DNA of 64,000 nucleotides from Chloroflexota bacterium. Lineage in GTDB: Bacteria > Chloroflexota > JAJPGV01. Below the pieces are notes generated by a model, which made no database searches, was not told the DNA's origin, and saw only the letters and a program-made list of their open reading frames with translations. Below are positions 37,523-46,660 of the stretch, piece after piece (position 1 is the stretch's first letter; each line of letters starts with the position of its first letter). A program made the translations under genes and the position numbers. The DNA lies in assembly GCA_021325635.1 (NCBI GenBank), contig JAJPGV010000034.1, positions 60,745-124,744 on the forward strand, given 5' to 3'.

Positions 37523-38278
37523 CTACGTGCGAATCATGACTTCGAGGGTGGATCCGGAGACCGTCTCGGACTCGTCCGAGGCCAGCCAGAATACGGCATT
37601 GGCAATGTCGCGCGGCGTGTTCACCCGGCCTGCCGGACTGGCCAGCGCGGCGCGCTCGAGCTTGCGTTTCCGCTCCGGCGTATCCGCGTCACGCTCGGTC
37701 ATGCCGGTAGGGAAGACGTTGCCGGGGACGACAGTGTTGGCCCGGATGCCGCTCGCGGCGTACTCCTGCGCGATGGACACGGTGAAGGGGAAGACGGCTC
37801 CCTTCGAGCAGCAATAGGCGAGCCTTCCCGGGCCACCGTAGCCCGAGCCGGAGGCCACGTTGACGATAGCGCCGCGGTGCCGCGCGATCATGTGCGGCAG
37901 CACCTCGCGGGTCAGCAGGAACATGCCGCCGATGTTCACGGCAAAGGCGCGGTCCCACTGCTCCTTGGTCGTCTCCAGCAGCGTGCCCCGGATCATCACG
38001 GCCGCGTTGTTGACCAGCACGTCGATCTGCTGCTCGCGTGCCATGACCTCGCCCACGATCCCGCGTACGTCGGCCGGGTCGGATACGTCGCCGGTCAGCA
38101 CGTACCCCTCGAGACCCTTCGACCGAAGCGACTCGACGGTCGCTGCGGTCTGCGCGGGATCGATCCCGAAGGCCGCCACGGCGTAGCCGTGCTCCGCGAA
38201 CTTGAGGGTGATCTCCCGGCCGATGCCGTACGTTCCGCCACTGATCAGGGCGACGCGCTTCCCCAATGCCGTCGTCAT
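37523..38278 (-). CDS. SDR family short-chain dehydrogenase/reductase
   Basis: Gly-rich NAD(P) motif ISGGTYGIG, NNAA motif, catalytic Y-x3-K (YCCSK); 251 aa. Confidence 0.9.
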   Translation of the reverse strand: MTTALGKRVALISGGTYGIGREITLKFAEHGYAVAAFGIDPAQTAATVESLRSKGLEGYVLTGDVSDPADVRGIVGEVMAREQQIDVLVNNAAVMIRGTLLETTKEQWDRAFAVNIGGMFLLTREVLPHMIARHRGAIVNVASGSGYGGPGRLAYCCSKGAVFPFTVSIAQEYAASGIRANTVVPGNVFPTGMTERDADTPERKRKLERAALASPAGRVNTPRDIANAVFWLASDESETVSGSTLEVMIRT

Positions 38279-38472
38279 CCGGCGCCGATCCTACTATGGC
38301 CGGGCTTCCGGCCAGCATGCAGCCTACGTGGATGGGTTACAGCAATGAGGCAGTCGCGGGAGGTCGCCCCCGCCATTCTCCGCCTCCGGGGTGGAGGCCA
38401 GAAGGCTGCATGACTGCCGAGCGATGGGTGGCGATGGCCCACCGCCGCACAGGACGGGCGGAGCGTGGTGCC

Positions 38473-38748
38473 CTAGCGGGAGGACTCCAGCTCGATGGAC
38501 GGGCCTGATTGGCGCAGTCGGAAGACGGCGCGATTCTCGCGGCTCGCCAGCAGCAGGCGCACCACCTGGAGCACCACGTCGGTGCTATTCCGGACGGTCG
38601 TGTCCTCCCTGGCCGCGTTCAGCAAATCGCACACGAAATGGATCATCTGTCGAGGTGTGAGCCGTCCCAGGTAGGTAAACCAGGCCGACATCTCGGCCTC
38701 CGCGCGACGGACCGCTTGGGCGCTCGGCTGATCTTTCCGTATGTTCAT
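38473..38748 (-). CDS. Hypothetical protein (91 aa)
   Basis: ORF trimmed to ATG 38748, preceded by GGTGAG; no recognisable motif. Confidence 0.3.
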   Translation of the reverse strand: MNIRKDQPSAQAVRRAEAEMSAWFTYLGRLTPRQMIHFVCDLLNAAREDTTVRNSTDVVLQVVRLLLASRENRAVFRLRQSGPSIELESSR

Positions 38749-38896
38749 GTCCAACTCACCTCTCGACGCCAATCACGGGTATCAGACTACGCGTGCCGGC
38801 ACAAGCGAGCCAGGCCAAAACCGCCCAGCCTTCCGCCGAAGACGGTGGATTCCCGGTAGGTGTTCCCGGCAGGCGGCGAAAGCTGGCGGGTGGCAG

Positions 38897-39109
38897 CTAA
38901 GCGGAGGTGGTTGAGGTGCCCGCGCTCGATGGGATCGGGCACTCTTGAGCCAGCAGATCCCGGCGAATATCGCTTAGCACGACAGCGGCATGGGTATCGT
39001 GCTGCGCCCGCTCACGCAGGAGCATCATCAGCCATACGCACTCGCGCGGCGACCAGCGCGATCCCTCCGAGGTGGATCGGTCTTCGAGTGGACTGTCCGG
39101 GCGTTTCAT
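38897..39109 (-). CDS. Hypothetical small protein (70 aa)
   Basis: ORF only; same strand as the neighbouring small ORFs; weak RBS context. Confidence 0.2.
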   Translation of the reverse strand: MKRPDSPLEDRSTSEGSRWSPRECVWLMMLLRERAQHDTHAAVVLSDIRRDLLAQECPIPSSAGTSTTSA

Positions 39110-39345
39110 GCTTCCTGTTCTCCGGCGCGATTCTGGGTTCGAATCCAGCGTAGGGCAGAATGTTGAGGCAAGCGTGAGACGAAGCTAAGGGTTAGCTGAG
39201 GACCGCGGCGACGGACGGCTAACGGATGCCGGGATGCCACAGCGGCACACGGAGGAGGCATCGCAGCCGGCTGCGATGCAGGACGGGCAGCACGAGGCGC
39301 AGGAGAATGCCGTCGAGCCAGTAGCGGCGCTGCCGGACGATCATG

Positions 39346-39552
39346 TCAGGCAGCTCGGGGTGACGGATCCTGCCGCGGCGGATCCTGGCGCGGCGGCACG
39401 AGATGCAGCGAGCGGTCACCCGTTTTGGGTGTGAAGCTGCTGCAGTGGCAGATGCCGCAGCCAGGCAGACGGTAAGGCACGTCGTGCTGGTCGAGCTGAT
39501 GGCCGCATTCGCAGGCGGTGGATGCCGCGGTGTCTGTCGCAAGGTGGCTCAT
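39346..39552 (-). CDS. Hypothetical Cys-rich small protein (possible zinc-binding)
   Basis: MSHLATDTAASTACECGHQLDQHDVPYRLPGCGICHCSSF...PPRQDPPRQDP: CxC and CxxCxC clusters plus a tandem PPRQD repeat; AGAGG 4 nt upstream of the ATG. Confidence 0.3.
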   Translation of the reverse strand: MSHLATDTAASTACECGHQLDQHDVPYRLPGCGICHCSSFTPKTGDRSLHLVPPRQDPPRQDPSPRAA

Positions 39553-39677
39553 GTGGCCTCTGTACATGGAGTATCGGATGGGGCCCCGCGAACCTTCAGT
39601 GGCTCCTTGGTGCGTCATCTTCACCGCCTGCTCCTCGTTGGTATGGTGAAGGTGAACGACGCTGTTAGGGGGCTCGA

Positions 39678-40778
39678 ATGATCCAGCGGATATTGGCCGC
39701 GATCGCATGCCTGATAATCTCGGCGGGGGTCGCCGTGCCCGTCACAGCCCAGACCAGCACGCCGGCGTGCGATTTCATCCTGGGATTCAAGACGCTGCAC
39801 GAGCTCGTTCCGGCGGACGTCGGAGGCTGCTTGGATAACCAGGCGTTTGCCGCTAACGGAGATGCGCTGCAGCATACGACAGGAGGCTTGCTGGTGTGGC
39901 GCAAGGCTGACAACTGGACGGCCTTCACGAACGGTTACATGACCTGGATCAACGGCCCGACGGGGCTCGTCAGCCGGCTCAACAGCGAGCGTTTTCCGTG
40001 GGAGGAGGCGGCGGCCCCTAGTCCCACGCCGGTGGCCGCGCCCTCGCCGCCCTTCAACGTCACCTTCGACGCGGGCGTCTCCCCTCAGGATCGGTCGGAC
40101 GTGCTCGACGGCCTGGGCATAGCGAACAGCTACTTCATCTCGACCTTCGGCCAGGGCCTTACCGGAAGCTCCTATACCCTCGACGTTCGCAGCAGCGATC
40201 CCGGCAGCCAGTACGTCATGGGTTACGGCCAGCTGAAGGTCACGCTGTTCACGGCGCACGCCACCTGGCTGGTAAGCGCCCCTTACCAGCGCAAGCAGCT
40301 GGTCGCCCGGGCCGCCTTCCACCTGCTCCAGCAGGTCGCTTCAGCTCAGCATCCCGCCCTGTTCGACCCGCTGAACGATGGGCTGCCATGGCTGTTCGAA
40401 GGCACTGCGGACGTTGCCGCCTGGCACGCGGTGGCGGCTCGCGGCCTGGTCGACTTCGAACGGGTGCGTCAATGCAACCTGGGGCAGGCGCCTATCCTCA
40501 GCCCCCCGCACCTCGCCGCGCTGAGCGCCTACACAGTCCCGCAGGTGTTCACCTCGGGCGGCGAACAGGCGCTGCAGCTGGCCTTCGACGCCGTCGACAT
40601 GCTGACGGCTGCCAACGGCGTTGGCTCGCTGCTGAGCTATTACTCGCCGGCTCCTCAGGCCTATCGTGAGTCGGCGTTCCGCAATGCTTTTGCCGTGGAC
40701 CTGAACGTCTTCAACGCTCGTTTCGAGCAGTTTCGCGCCAACCTGGGTCCGAGCAGCAACGTCGGCTGCGTGCCGTAG
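39678..40778 (+). CDS. Hypothetical secreted protein
   Basis: 366 aa with an N-terminal signal peptide (MIQRILAAIACLIISAGVAVPVTAQ); no recognisable family or catalytic motif. Confidence 0.6.
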   Translation: MIQRILAAIACLIISAGVAVPVTAQTSTPACDFILGFKTLHELVPADVGGCLDNQAFAANGDALQHTTGGLLVWRKADNWTAFTNGYMTWINGPTGLVSRLNSERFPWEEAAAPSPTPVAAPSPPFNVTFDAGVSPQDRSDVLDGLGIANSYFISTFGQGLTGSSYTLDVRSSDPGSQYVMGYGQLKVTLFTAHATWLVSAPYQRKQLVARAAFHLLQQVASAQHPALFDPLNDGLPWLFEGTADVAAWHAVAARGLVDFERVRQCNLGQAPILSPPHLAALSAYTVPQVFTSGGEQALQLAFDAVDMLTAANGVGSLLSYYSPAPQAYRESAFRNAFAVDLNVFNARFEQFRANLGPSSNVGCVP

Positions 40779-40794
40779 GGGCCGATTTGCGCTC

Positions 40795-40995
40795 CTAATC
40801 GGGGCGGGGACTCGACGGTGAGTAGTCCTGATGCCCGGCACGGGCCGCTTGAGAGTGGCCCGTGCCAACGGCTCCACAGGCCCGGCACTGCTGCCGCAGC
40901 GCCACGTTCACAGCGCCGCACTTGCGGCACCACCAATGGTTGAGGCCGACTTCGGCCAGGTATCGACGCGCCGCGCTATCGCTTTGCTGAGCCAT
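40795..40995 (-). CDS. Hypothetical small zinc-ribbon protein
   Basis: MAQQSDSAARRYLAEVGLNHWWCRKCGAVNVALRQQCRACGA...: CxxC-x12-CxxC zinc-ribbon pattern in an otherwise gene-free 360-bp gap. Confidence 0.3.
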   Translation of the reverse strand: MAQQSDSAARRYLAEVGLNHWWCRKCGAVNVALRQQCRACGAVGTGHSQAARAGHQDYSPSSPRPD

Positions 40996-41140
40996 TTGAA
41001 ACATCCCCCCAGGGCATTGCCTGCGCCCAGGCTAAGACTCTCGCGGGCGGCTGTGTGTGTCAAATCCGTTGGCCCAAAAAGCACAGCGCGCATGAGGTGT
41101 TTGGGTAGGAGAACCTGCAACGGGCGTATGCTCATGGGCG

Positions 41141-42418
41141 GTGTCTGGCAGTGATGCTCCTGCGGCGGAGCAGGCAAGGATGGCGCAGCATGCGCTGGCC
41201 ACCCTCCGCCACCGCGACTTCACGCTCATCTCCGCGGGCCAGCTGGTGTCGTCAATCGGCGACCAGATGCAGTCGGTCGGCATTGCCTGGCACGTGTATC
41301 TCCTTACCAACTCGCCGCTCCAGCTTGGGCTGCTGGGGCTCGCCCGCGCGGTGCCGTTCATGTCGCTGTCGCTGGCCGGCGGGGCGCTGGCCGACTCGGT
41401 AGATCGGAAGCGACTGCTGGCCGCGTCCCAGCTGGGGCAGATGGTGCTGACCACGCTGCTGATGATCACTACCGCCACGGGTCGGGTGAACGTGGCCCTG
41501 CTGTATGGCGTGACCTTCATGTCCGGCGCGGCCATGGCCTTCGACACGCCGGCCAGGCAGGCGATCGTGCCAAACGTGGTGCCGCGGCGTGAGCTGGCAG
41601 CAGCCTTGACACTCATGGCGCTGATGCGCCAGGTGTCTTTCATTGCCGGTCCAGGCATCGGCGGGCTGGTGATTGCCCGTTTCGGCCTTGCGCCCGACTA
41701 TCTCGGGAATGCGCTGTCGTTCCTGGCGGTGGTCATCGCGGTGGTGATGTTGAAGCCGATTCCGAGGGTGCCTCTGGAAGGAGTCAGCAGCAATTGGGAC
41801 CGGCTGCTTGGCGGTGTGCGCTTCGCCCGGCGGCAACCCCTGGTGCTGCTGCCGATGCTGCTCGACTTCTTCACCCGTTTGGCCTGCAACTCTCGCGGCC
41901 TGCTGCCAATCTTCGCCCGCGACATCTTCTTGACCGGTGCGGAAGGGTTTGGCTGGCTCAACTCGGCGCTGTCTGGCGGGGCGGTACTGGGTGGTCTGCT
42001 GCTGGGCCGGGCAAGGCAGGCCAAACATCCCATTGCCCTGATGGCCTGCGCCTACCTGACAGAGGGACTGTTCATTGCCGGCATGGCCGTTGCGCCAACC
42101 TTCGGGCTGGCGATTGTGGCGCTCGTCCTAGTTGGCATCGCCAACGTCTACGGTGAGGTGCTACGCAACACGGTGCTGCAGCTCAAGACCCCGGATGAGC
42201 TGCGTGGTCGCGTCACGGCGCTATCCAACATCTTCGACAGCGGCGGTCCGCAGCTGGGTCAGGTGAGGGCCGGCGCCGTCGCCAACGTCATTGGGCCGGT
42301 CGGCTCAGCGGTCTGGGGTGGCTTGGCGGCGACCGCCATAGCTATTGGCTTCGTGCTGCTGCCCGGCATCCGCCGCAGCCTCGGCGAGACCAGCGACGAG
42401 CTGGCGCAGGAGCTCTAG
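41141..42418 (+). CDS. MFS transporter
   Basis: 425 aa, about 12 TM segments with typical MFS organisation. Confidence 0.8.
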   Translation: MSGSDAPAAEQARMAQHALATLRHRDFTLISAGQLVSSIGDQMQSVGIAWHVYLLTNSPLQLGLLGLARAVPFMSLSLAGGALADSVDRKRLLAASQLGQMVLTTLLMITTATGRVNVALLYGVTFMSGAAMAFDTPARQAIVPNVVPRRELAAALTLMALMRQVSFIAGPGIGGLVIARFGLAPDYLGNALSFLAVVIAVVMLKPIPRVPLEGVSSNWDRLLGGVRFARRQPLVLLPMLLDFFTRLACNSRGLLPIFARDIFLTGAEGFGWLNSALSGGAVLGGLLLGRARQAKHPIALMACAYLTEGLFIAGMAVAPTFGLAIVALVLVGIANVYGEVLRNTVLQLKTPDELRGRVTALSNIFDSGGPQLGQVRAGAVANVIGPVGSAVWGGLAATAIAIGFVLLPGIRRSLGETSDELAQEL

Positions 42419-42552
42419 GCGCGCCTGAGAGCTTCTTTCGCTGGGATCACCAAGGCCATTCCGAGATCACTCAGCCTCGTAGGCACAAACGGCAGCGCGA
42501 GTAGGGTGATCCAGCGCTGTTTGGCGGCGTCAGGCATTGCTAGCGTGGTCGC

Positions 42553-43365
42553 GTGGGCATGGGCAAGGTCAAGGCGCTGGGCCTCGGGGCCGGGCTGGGC
42601 GCGGTACTGCTGGCGAGCTGCGCAGCCACCTCCGGCGCCGAACCGTCTCCCGGCGCGGTGCCATCCGGCGGCCGCACGGCAATCGTGTGGTCGACCGGCA
42701 GGCCGCTGGCCTGGTCCGATTTTGCCGGCCCCGTGCCGCAAGACCGCGCGAACGCCAGCATCCGCTATCGCTTCGCAGCGTTGATTGGTGCCAACGTCGT
42801 GGACAGCGCACATGAAGCCGCGGAAACCGTCAGCTCCATCGGGCACGCGGCCTCGCACTACAGCTACACCTGCATCACCACCAGCACGACTCGCTGCTCG
42901 GTGACCGGTGTGACCGCTGATGCGGCCGCGGCCGAGTTCGACCCCAATCGTTCCTGGGCTATCGCAGGCGAAGAAAGCGACCGCCTGCTGGAGCACGAGC
43001 AGGGCCATTTCGACATTGCCGCCATCTACGCGGCGCGCCTCACGGCCAGGCTGGCCGCCGAGCTGAAGTCCCAGACCGCCGGAATGAGCGTTGTGGCTCA
43101 GGATCAATCGAGCGCCGAGGCAGACCTCAAACGGCGCATGGACGAGCTGCAGCAAGCCGTCTCCCAGGCGGTCGGGCAGGAATTCGAAGACACCCAGACG
43201 CAGTACGACGCGGACACCAACCACGGTTTGAACCCGAGCGGCCAGAAGCAGTGGTCGGATCGCATTCGTGAGGAGCTGCGCGGCCTGTATCCTACGCTGC
43301 AGGCTCGGACAGCTCCTATTCCGGCGCCTCACGGCAGCAGCGCTGGCGGGGTGGTGCGGGCCTAA
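42553..43365 (+). CDS. Lipoprotein with HExxH motif (putative zinc-dependent hydrolase-like)
   Basis: Lipobox (LLASCAA) and a single HEQGH motif (LLEHEQGHFDI); family not identified. Confidence 0.55.
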   Translation: MGMGKVKALGLGAGLGAVLLASCAATSGAEPSPGAVPSGGRTAIVWSTGRPLAWSDFAGPVPQDRANASIRYRFAALIGANVVDSAHEAAETVSSIGHAASHYSYTCITTSTTRCSVTGVTADAAAAEFDPNRSWAIAGEESDRLLEHEQGHFDIAAIYAARLTARLAAELKSQTAGMSVVAQDQSSAEADLKRRMDELQQAVSQAVGQEFEDTQTQYDADTNHGLNPSGQKQWSDRIREELRGLYPTLQARTAPIPAPHGSSAGGVVRA

Positions 43366-43449
43366 GGGCGACAGCTCGACCGGTCCGCAGCTGCCATCCG
43401 AGCTGCCCGAACGTGGCAGACAGATTGCCATCCACGGTTAAATGGCAGC

Positions 43450-44100
43450 ATGAACGAGCGTCCCGGGGCACACGGCAAGGCCGAGCCTCGCTGGCCCGCG
43501 TCGGTGGCTGTTCTGGCAGCGATTGCGCTGTATGCCACGCTGCCCGAGCGATTCACTATTGGGCCAACCTGGCTTCTGCCGGCCATTGAAGGCGTGCTGG
43601 CAATCGGCCTGAACGTGACCGCGCCGAGACGGCATGCGAACGAGGCGGCGATCTACCGCACGGCGACGATCGTGCTGGTAGCCCTTCTTACCGCCACGAA
43701 CCTGTTCTCTTTGGCCACGCTGATCGACCGGCTGCTGCACGGCGCCAAAGCCGAAGGGTCGCAGCTCGTGTTCGCGGCGATTCAGATCTGGCTGACCAAC
43801 GTGGTTGCCTTCGCGCTGTGGTTTTGGGAGCTGGACCGAGGTGGTCCGGCCAAGCGCGGGGGAAGCCGGCAGGCAGACTTTCTCTTTCCTCAGATGACCG
43901 CGCGGGAGGTGGCCCCGCCGGGCTGGACCCCGTCCTTCATCGACTACCTGTACGTGTCGTTCACCAACGCGATGGCCTTCAGCCCTACCGACACCCTGCC
44001 GCTGACTCGCTGGGCCAAGCTGCTCATGCTGGCCCAATCACTGGCTTCGCTGCTCACGGTCGCCTTTGTGGCTGCCAGGGCGGTGAATATCCTCAGCTGA
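43450..44100 (+). CDS. Membrane protein (DUF1345-like)
   Basis: 216 aa with several TM segments; I recall this pattern as the DUF1345 family. Confidence 0.55.
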   Translation: MNERPGAHGKAEPRWPASVAVLAAIALYATLPERFTIGPTWLLPAIEGVLAIGLNVTAPRRHANEAAIYRTATIVLVALLTATNLFSLATLIDRLLHGAKAEGSQLVFAAIQIWLTNVVAFALWFWELDRGGPAKRGGSRQADFLFPQMTAREVAPPGWTPSFIDYLYVSFTNAMAFSPTDTLPLTRWAKLLMLAQSLASLLTVAFVAARAVNILS

Positions 44101-44113
44101 GCCGAGGCCCGGG

Positions 44114-44728
44114 CTAGAACCGCTCCTCCAGCCAGTCGACGGCGATGTCGACGGCCGCGTCCTCGCTTCGCGGTTTGAAGGAGTGGTCGCCGGGAACTAC
44201 CTCAGAGGTAAAGGGCATGCGCACCAGCTGCTGCACCTCCCGCAGGTGCTCGGGCCGGCAAAGGGCGTCGCGATCGCCGGTGATGAAGAGCATCGGCGCG
44301 GCGATCCGGCTCATATGCGACCAATCGCGCGGTTTGGCGTTCTTGGCCATCCCGTGCAGCGGAAGCCCGTAGAACACCAGCGCACTCACGTCTTCCCGCG
44401 CGGCGGCCACGTAGGAAGACACACGGGCGCCGAAGGATTTTCCCAGCAGCACCAGCGGGCCGCGGCCGGCCATATACGTGATGGCCTGCTCCAGCTCCGC
44501 CATTTCCCGCTTGCTGCCGGCCGATGGCGCTCGGCGCGCGGTCAAATAGCTGAAGTTCCAGCGCAGCACCGTGAAGCCGTCCTCAGCCAGCCGCAGCGCG
44601 GTCTTTTCCAGGAGGGGGGTATCGAGGCCCCGGCCTGCCCCATGACTGGCGATGACTGCCGCCCGCCGGCCGCCCTCCTGCAGCATGCCCTCCAGCCCTT
44701 CGCCAAAGTGCACCTGCGTCGTGGTCAT
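44114..44728 (-). CDS. Alpha/beta hydrolase (dienelactone hydrolase-like)
   Basis: G-x-S-x-G nucleophile motif (LLGKSFGA) and alpha/beta-hydrolase-like sequence; trimmed to ATG 44728 (MTTTQVHFGEG). Confidence 0.7.
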   Translation of the reverse strand: MTTTQVHFGEGLEGMLQEGGRRAAVIASHGAGRGLDTPLLEKTALRLAEDGFTVLRWNFSYLTARRAPSAGSKREMAELEQAITYMAGRGPLVLLGKSFGARVSSYVAAAREDVSALVFYGLPLHGMAKNAKPRDWSHMSRIAAPMLFITGDRDALCRPEHLREVQQLVRMPFTSEVVPGDHSFKPRSEDAAVDIAVDWLEERF

Positions 44729-44779
44729 GGAGCTTCGGGGCCATTGTAGCGGCGGCCGTCGCGCGCTAGACTCGGAGCT

Positions 44780-45134
44780 GCCAAGCAGGCCGGGCAATCG
44801 CGGACGCGCCTCAGGCCGTCCGAGGAAAGTCCGAGCTCCACAGGGCAGGATGCTGGGTAACACCCAGTGGGGGTGACCCCAGGAAAGTGCCACAGAAACA
44901 TACCGTCTGCCGCAAGGCAGATAAGGGTGAAACGGCGAGGTAAGAGCTCACCGGCAGCCGGGTGACCGGCTGGCCAGGCAAACCCCATCCGGAGCAAGAC
45001 CGAGCAGGGGCGGGTGGCCCGCCTATGCCCCGGGTTGGTCGCTGGAGACGGACGGTAACGGCCGTCCTAGAGGGATGATTGCCGGTCCGCTGGAAACGGC
45101 GGACTACAGAACTCGGCTTACAGGCCTGCTTGGC
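44780..45134 (+). ncRNA. rnpB: RNase P RNA (bacterial type A)
   Basis: Conserved regions read directly: GAGGAAAGTCCGAGCTCCACAGGGCAGG (CR-I), ATAAGGGTGAAACGGCGAGGTAAGAGCTCACC (CR-II/III), ACAGAACTCGGCTTACAGG (CR-V). P4 shows compensatory changes (GTCCGAGC with CTCGGC). P1 pairs GCCAAGCAGGCC with GGCCTGCTTGGC. Confidence 0.9.
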
Positions 45135-45143
45135 TGCCCTCCG

Positions 45144-45503
45144 TCAGTCGGTGAAGTCGATCTCCACGACAGCGTGGGCCGGCAGTCCGCATACGTCCGT
45201 CAAGAGGTCCTCGAGCTGGCTGGCCACGTTCCAGGATCGCTCGGCCTTGCTCACCGGGCGAAAGAAGGACTCGCCGTCCCGTTGAAAACGGAGATCTGCG
45301 AGCTCCGGCTGCTTGTCGGGGAGCACCGCGTCGGCGCTGACGTGAATGCCGTAGTTGTCCTCGGTGCGGGTGAGTCGCAGCCAGCATGAAGGCCGTTCGA
45401 CCGCATGGCAGCGCATCTCGCGACCGCGGCCTTTGGACAGCCGCTCCGTGGCTAGGTTGAAGGCCCCGATGCGGTCCAGCACGGAGTCGAAGCGTTCGGG
45501 CAT
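45144..45503 (-). CDS. Hypothetical protein (119 aa)
   Basis: ORF with balanced composition, starting just after the rnpB 3' end; no recognisable motif. Confidence 0.4.
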   Translation of the reverse strand: MPERFDSVLDRIGAFNLATERLSKGRGREMRCHAVERPSCWLRLTRTEDNYGIHVSADAVLPDKQPELADLRFQRDGESFFRPVSKAERSWNVASQLEDLLTDVCGLPAHAVVEIDFTD

Positions 45504-45559
45504 CTAGCCTCAGTGTAGGCAGGAAGGTCGAGGCCGGTCAATTACACTTCCAAGGCCGT

Positions 45560-46636
45560 ATGTATGTGGTGATCCTTGCCGGGGGAAGCGGCACCAGGTT
45601 GTGGCCGCGCAGCCGCAAGCAGCGTCCCAAGCACCTCCTGGATCTGGTCACCGAGCGGTCGCTGCTGCAGGAAACCTTCGAGCGCGTGAACCAGGTGGTG
45701 CCTGAGTCCAACATCCTGGTAGTGACCGAGCAATCGCATGCCGACGTCATTCGTGAGCAGCTGCCCTCGCTGCCAGCCCGCAACGTGCTGGTCGAGCCGA
45801 CACGACGGGGCACCGGCCCGGCGATTGGCTGGGCCGCGATCCATGTCAGGCAGCGCGATCCCGACGCGGTCATGGCCGTTTTCCCTTCCGATCATGTAAT
45901 CGTGCGGCGCGACGAGTTCCTGCGCCTGCTTGTGCTCGCCGCCGAGATGGCAGCCTCGACTGAGGCTCTGCTGACATTTGGCATCCAGCCGACCGAGCCC
46001 AGCACTGAGTTTGGCTACATCCATCGAGGGGCCGCGCACTCGCAGCGCGAGGGGTGGCAGGTGTACCGCGTGGAGTCCTTCAAGGAGAAGCCCAACGCGG
46101 ACCGGGCGCGCGAGTTCCTGGAGAGCGGCGAATACTACTGGAACAACGGCATGTTTTGCTCGAAGGCGGCCGTGATCCTGCAGGAGATCGAGCGTCTCAT
46201 GCCCGGTCTCGCTCGCGGGTTGGAGGTCCTGGCCGGAGCGATCGGCCGACCAGACGAAGCCGGGATCGTCGATACGGTGTATCCCCAGCTGCCGAAGGAC
46301 ACCATCGACTACGGGGTGCTGGAGAAGGCCGGCAACGTGCTGGTCATTCCGGCCAACATCGGCTGGAGTGACGTCGGCACCTGGTCGGCCCTGCTCGACG
46401 TGCTGTCGGACGGCGCGGACGGCAACGTGGCCCTTGGATCATGCCAGCACGTGGCCATCGATACGCATCGCACGCTGGTGGCCAGCGCCAACAAGCTGGT
46501 CGCCACAATTGGTGTGGAGGACTTGATCGTGGTCGATTCGGAGACAGCGCTGCTGGTCTGCCGCCGAGACCGCGCCGCCGACGTGAAACGGATCGTCGAA
46601 CAGCTGGAGGCCGAACAGCGGGATGAGTACCTGTAG
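45560..46636 (+). CDS. manC: Mannose-1-phosphate guanylyltransferase (GDP-mannose pyrophosphorylase)
   Basis: Nucleotidyltransferase motif VILAGGSGTRLWPRSR and full-length similarity; 358 aa. Confidence 0.85.
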   Translation: MYVVILAGGSGTRLWPRSRKQRPKHLLDLVTERSLLQETFERVNQVVPESNILVVTEQSHADVIREQLPSLPARNVLVEPTRRGTGPAIGWAAIHVRQRDPDAVMAVFPSDHVIVRRDEFLRLLVLAAEMAASTEALLTFGIQPTEPSTEFGYIHRGAAHSQREGWQVYRVESFKEKPNADRAREFLESGEYYWNNGMFCSKAAVILQEIERLMPGLARGLEVLAGAIGRPDEAGIVDTVYPQLPKDTIDYGVLEKAGNVLVIPANIGWSDVGTWSALLDVLSDGADGNVALGSCQHVAIDTHRTLVASANKLVATIGVEDLIVVDSETALLVCRRDRAADVKRIVEQLEAEQRDEYL

Positions 46637-46660
46637 AGCCGGGAGGCGGGGAGCAGCCGA

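Noticed and set aside
34198-38278. Integrative element inserted at tRNA-Arg
   Set aside because: No integrase adjacent to the tRNA and no direct repeat of the tRNA 3' end found by eye; kept as a low-confidence hypothesis in findings.
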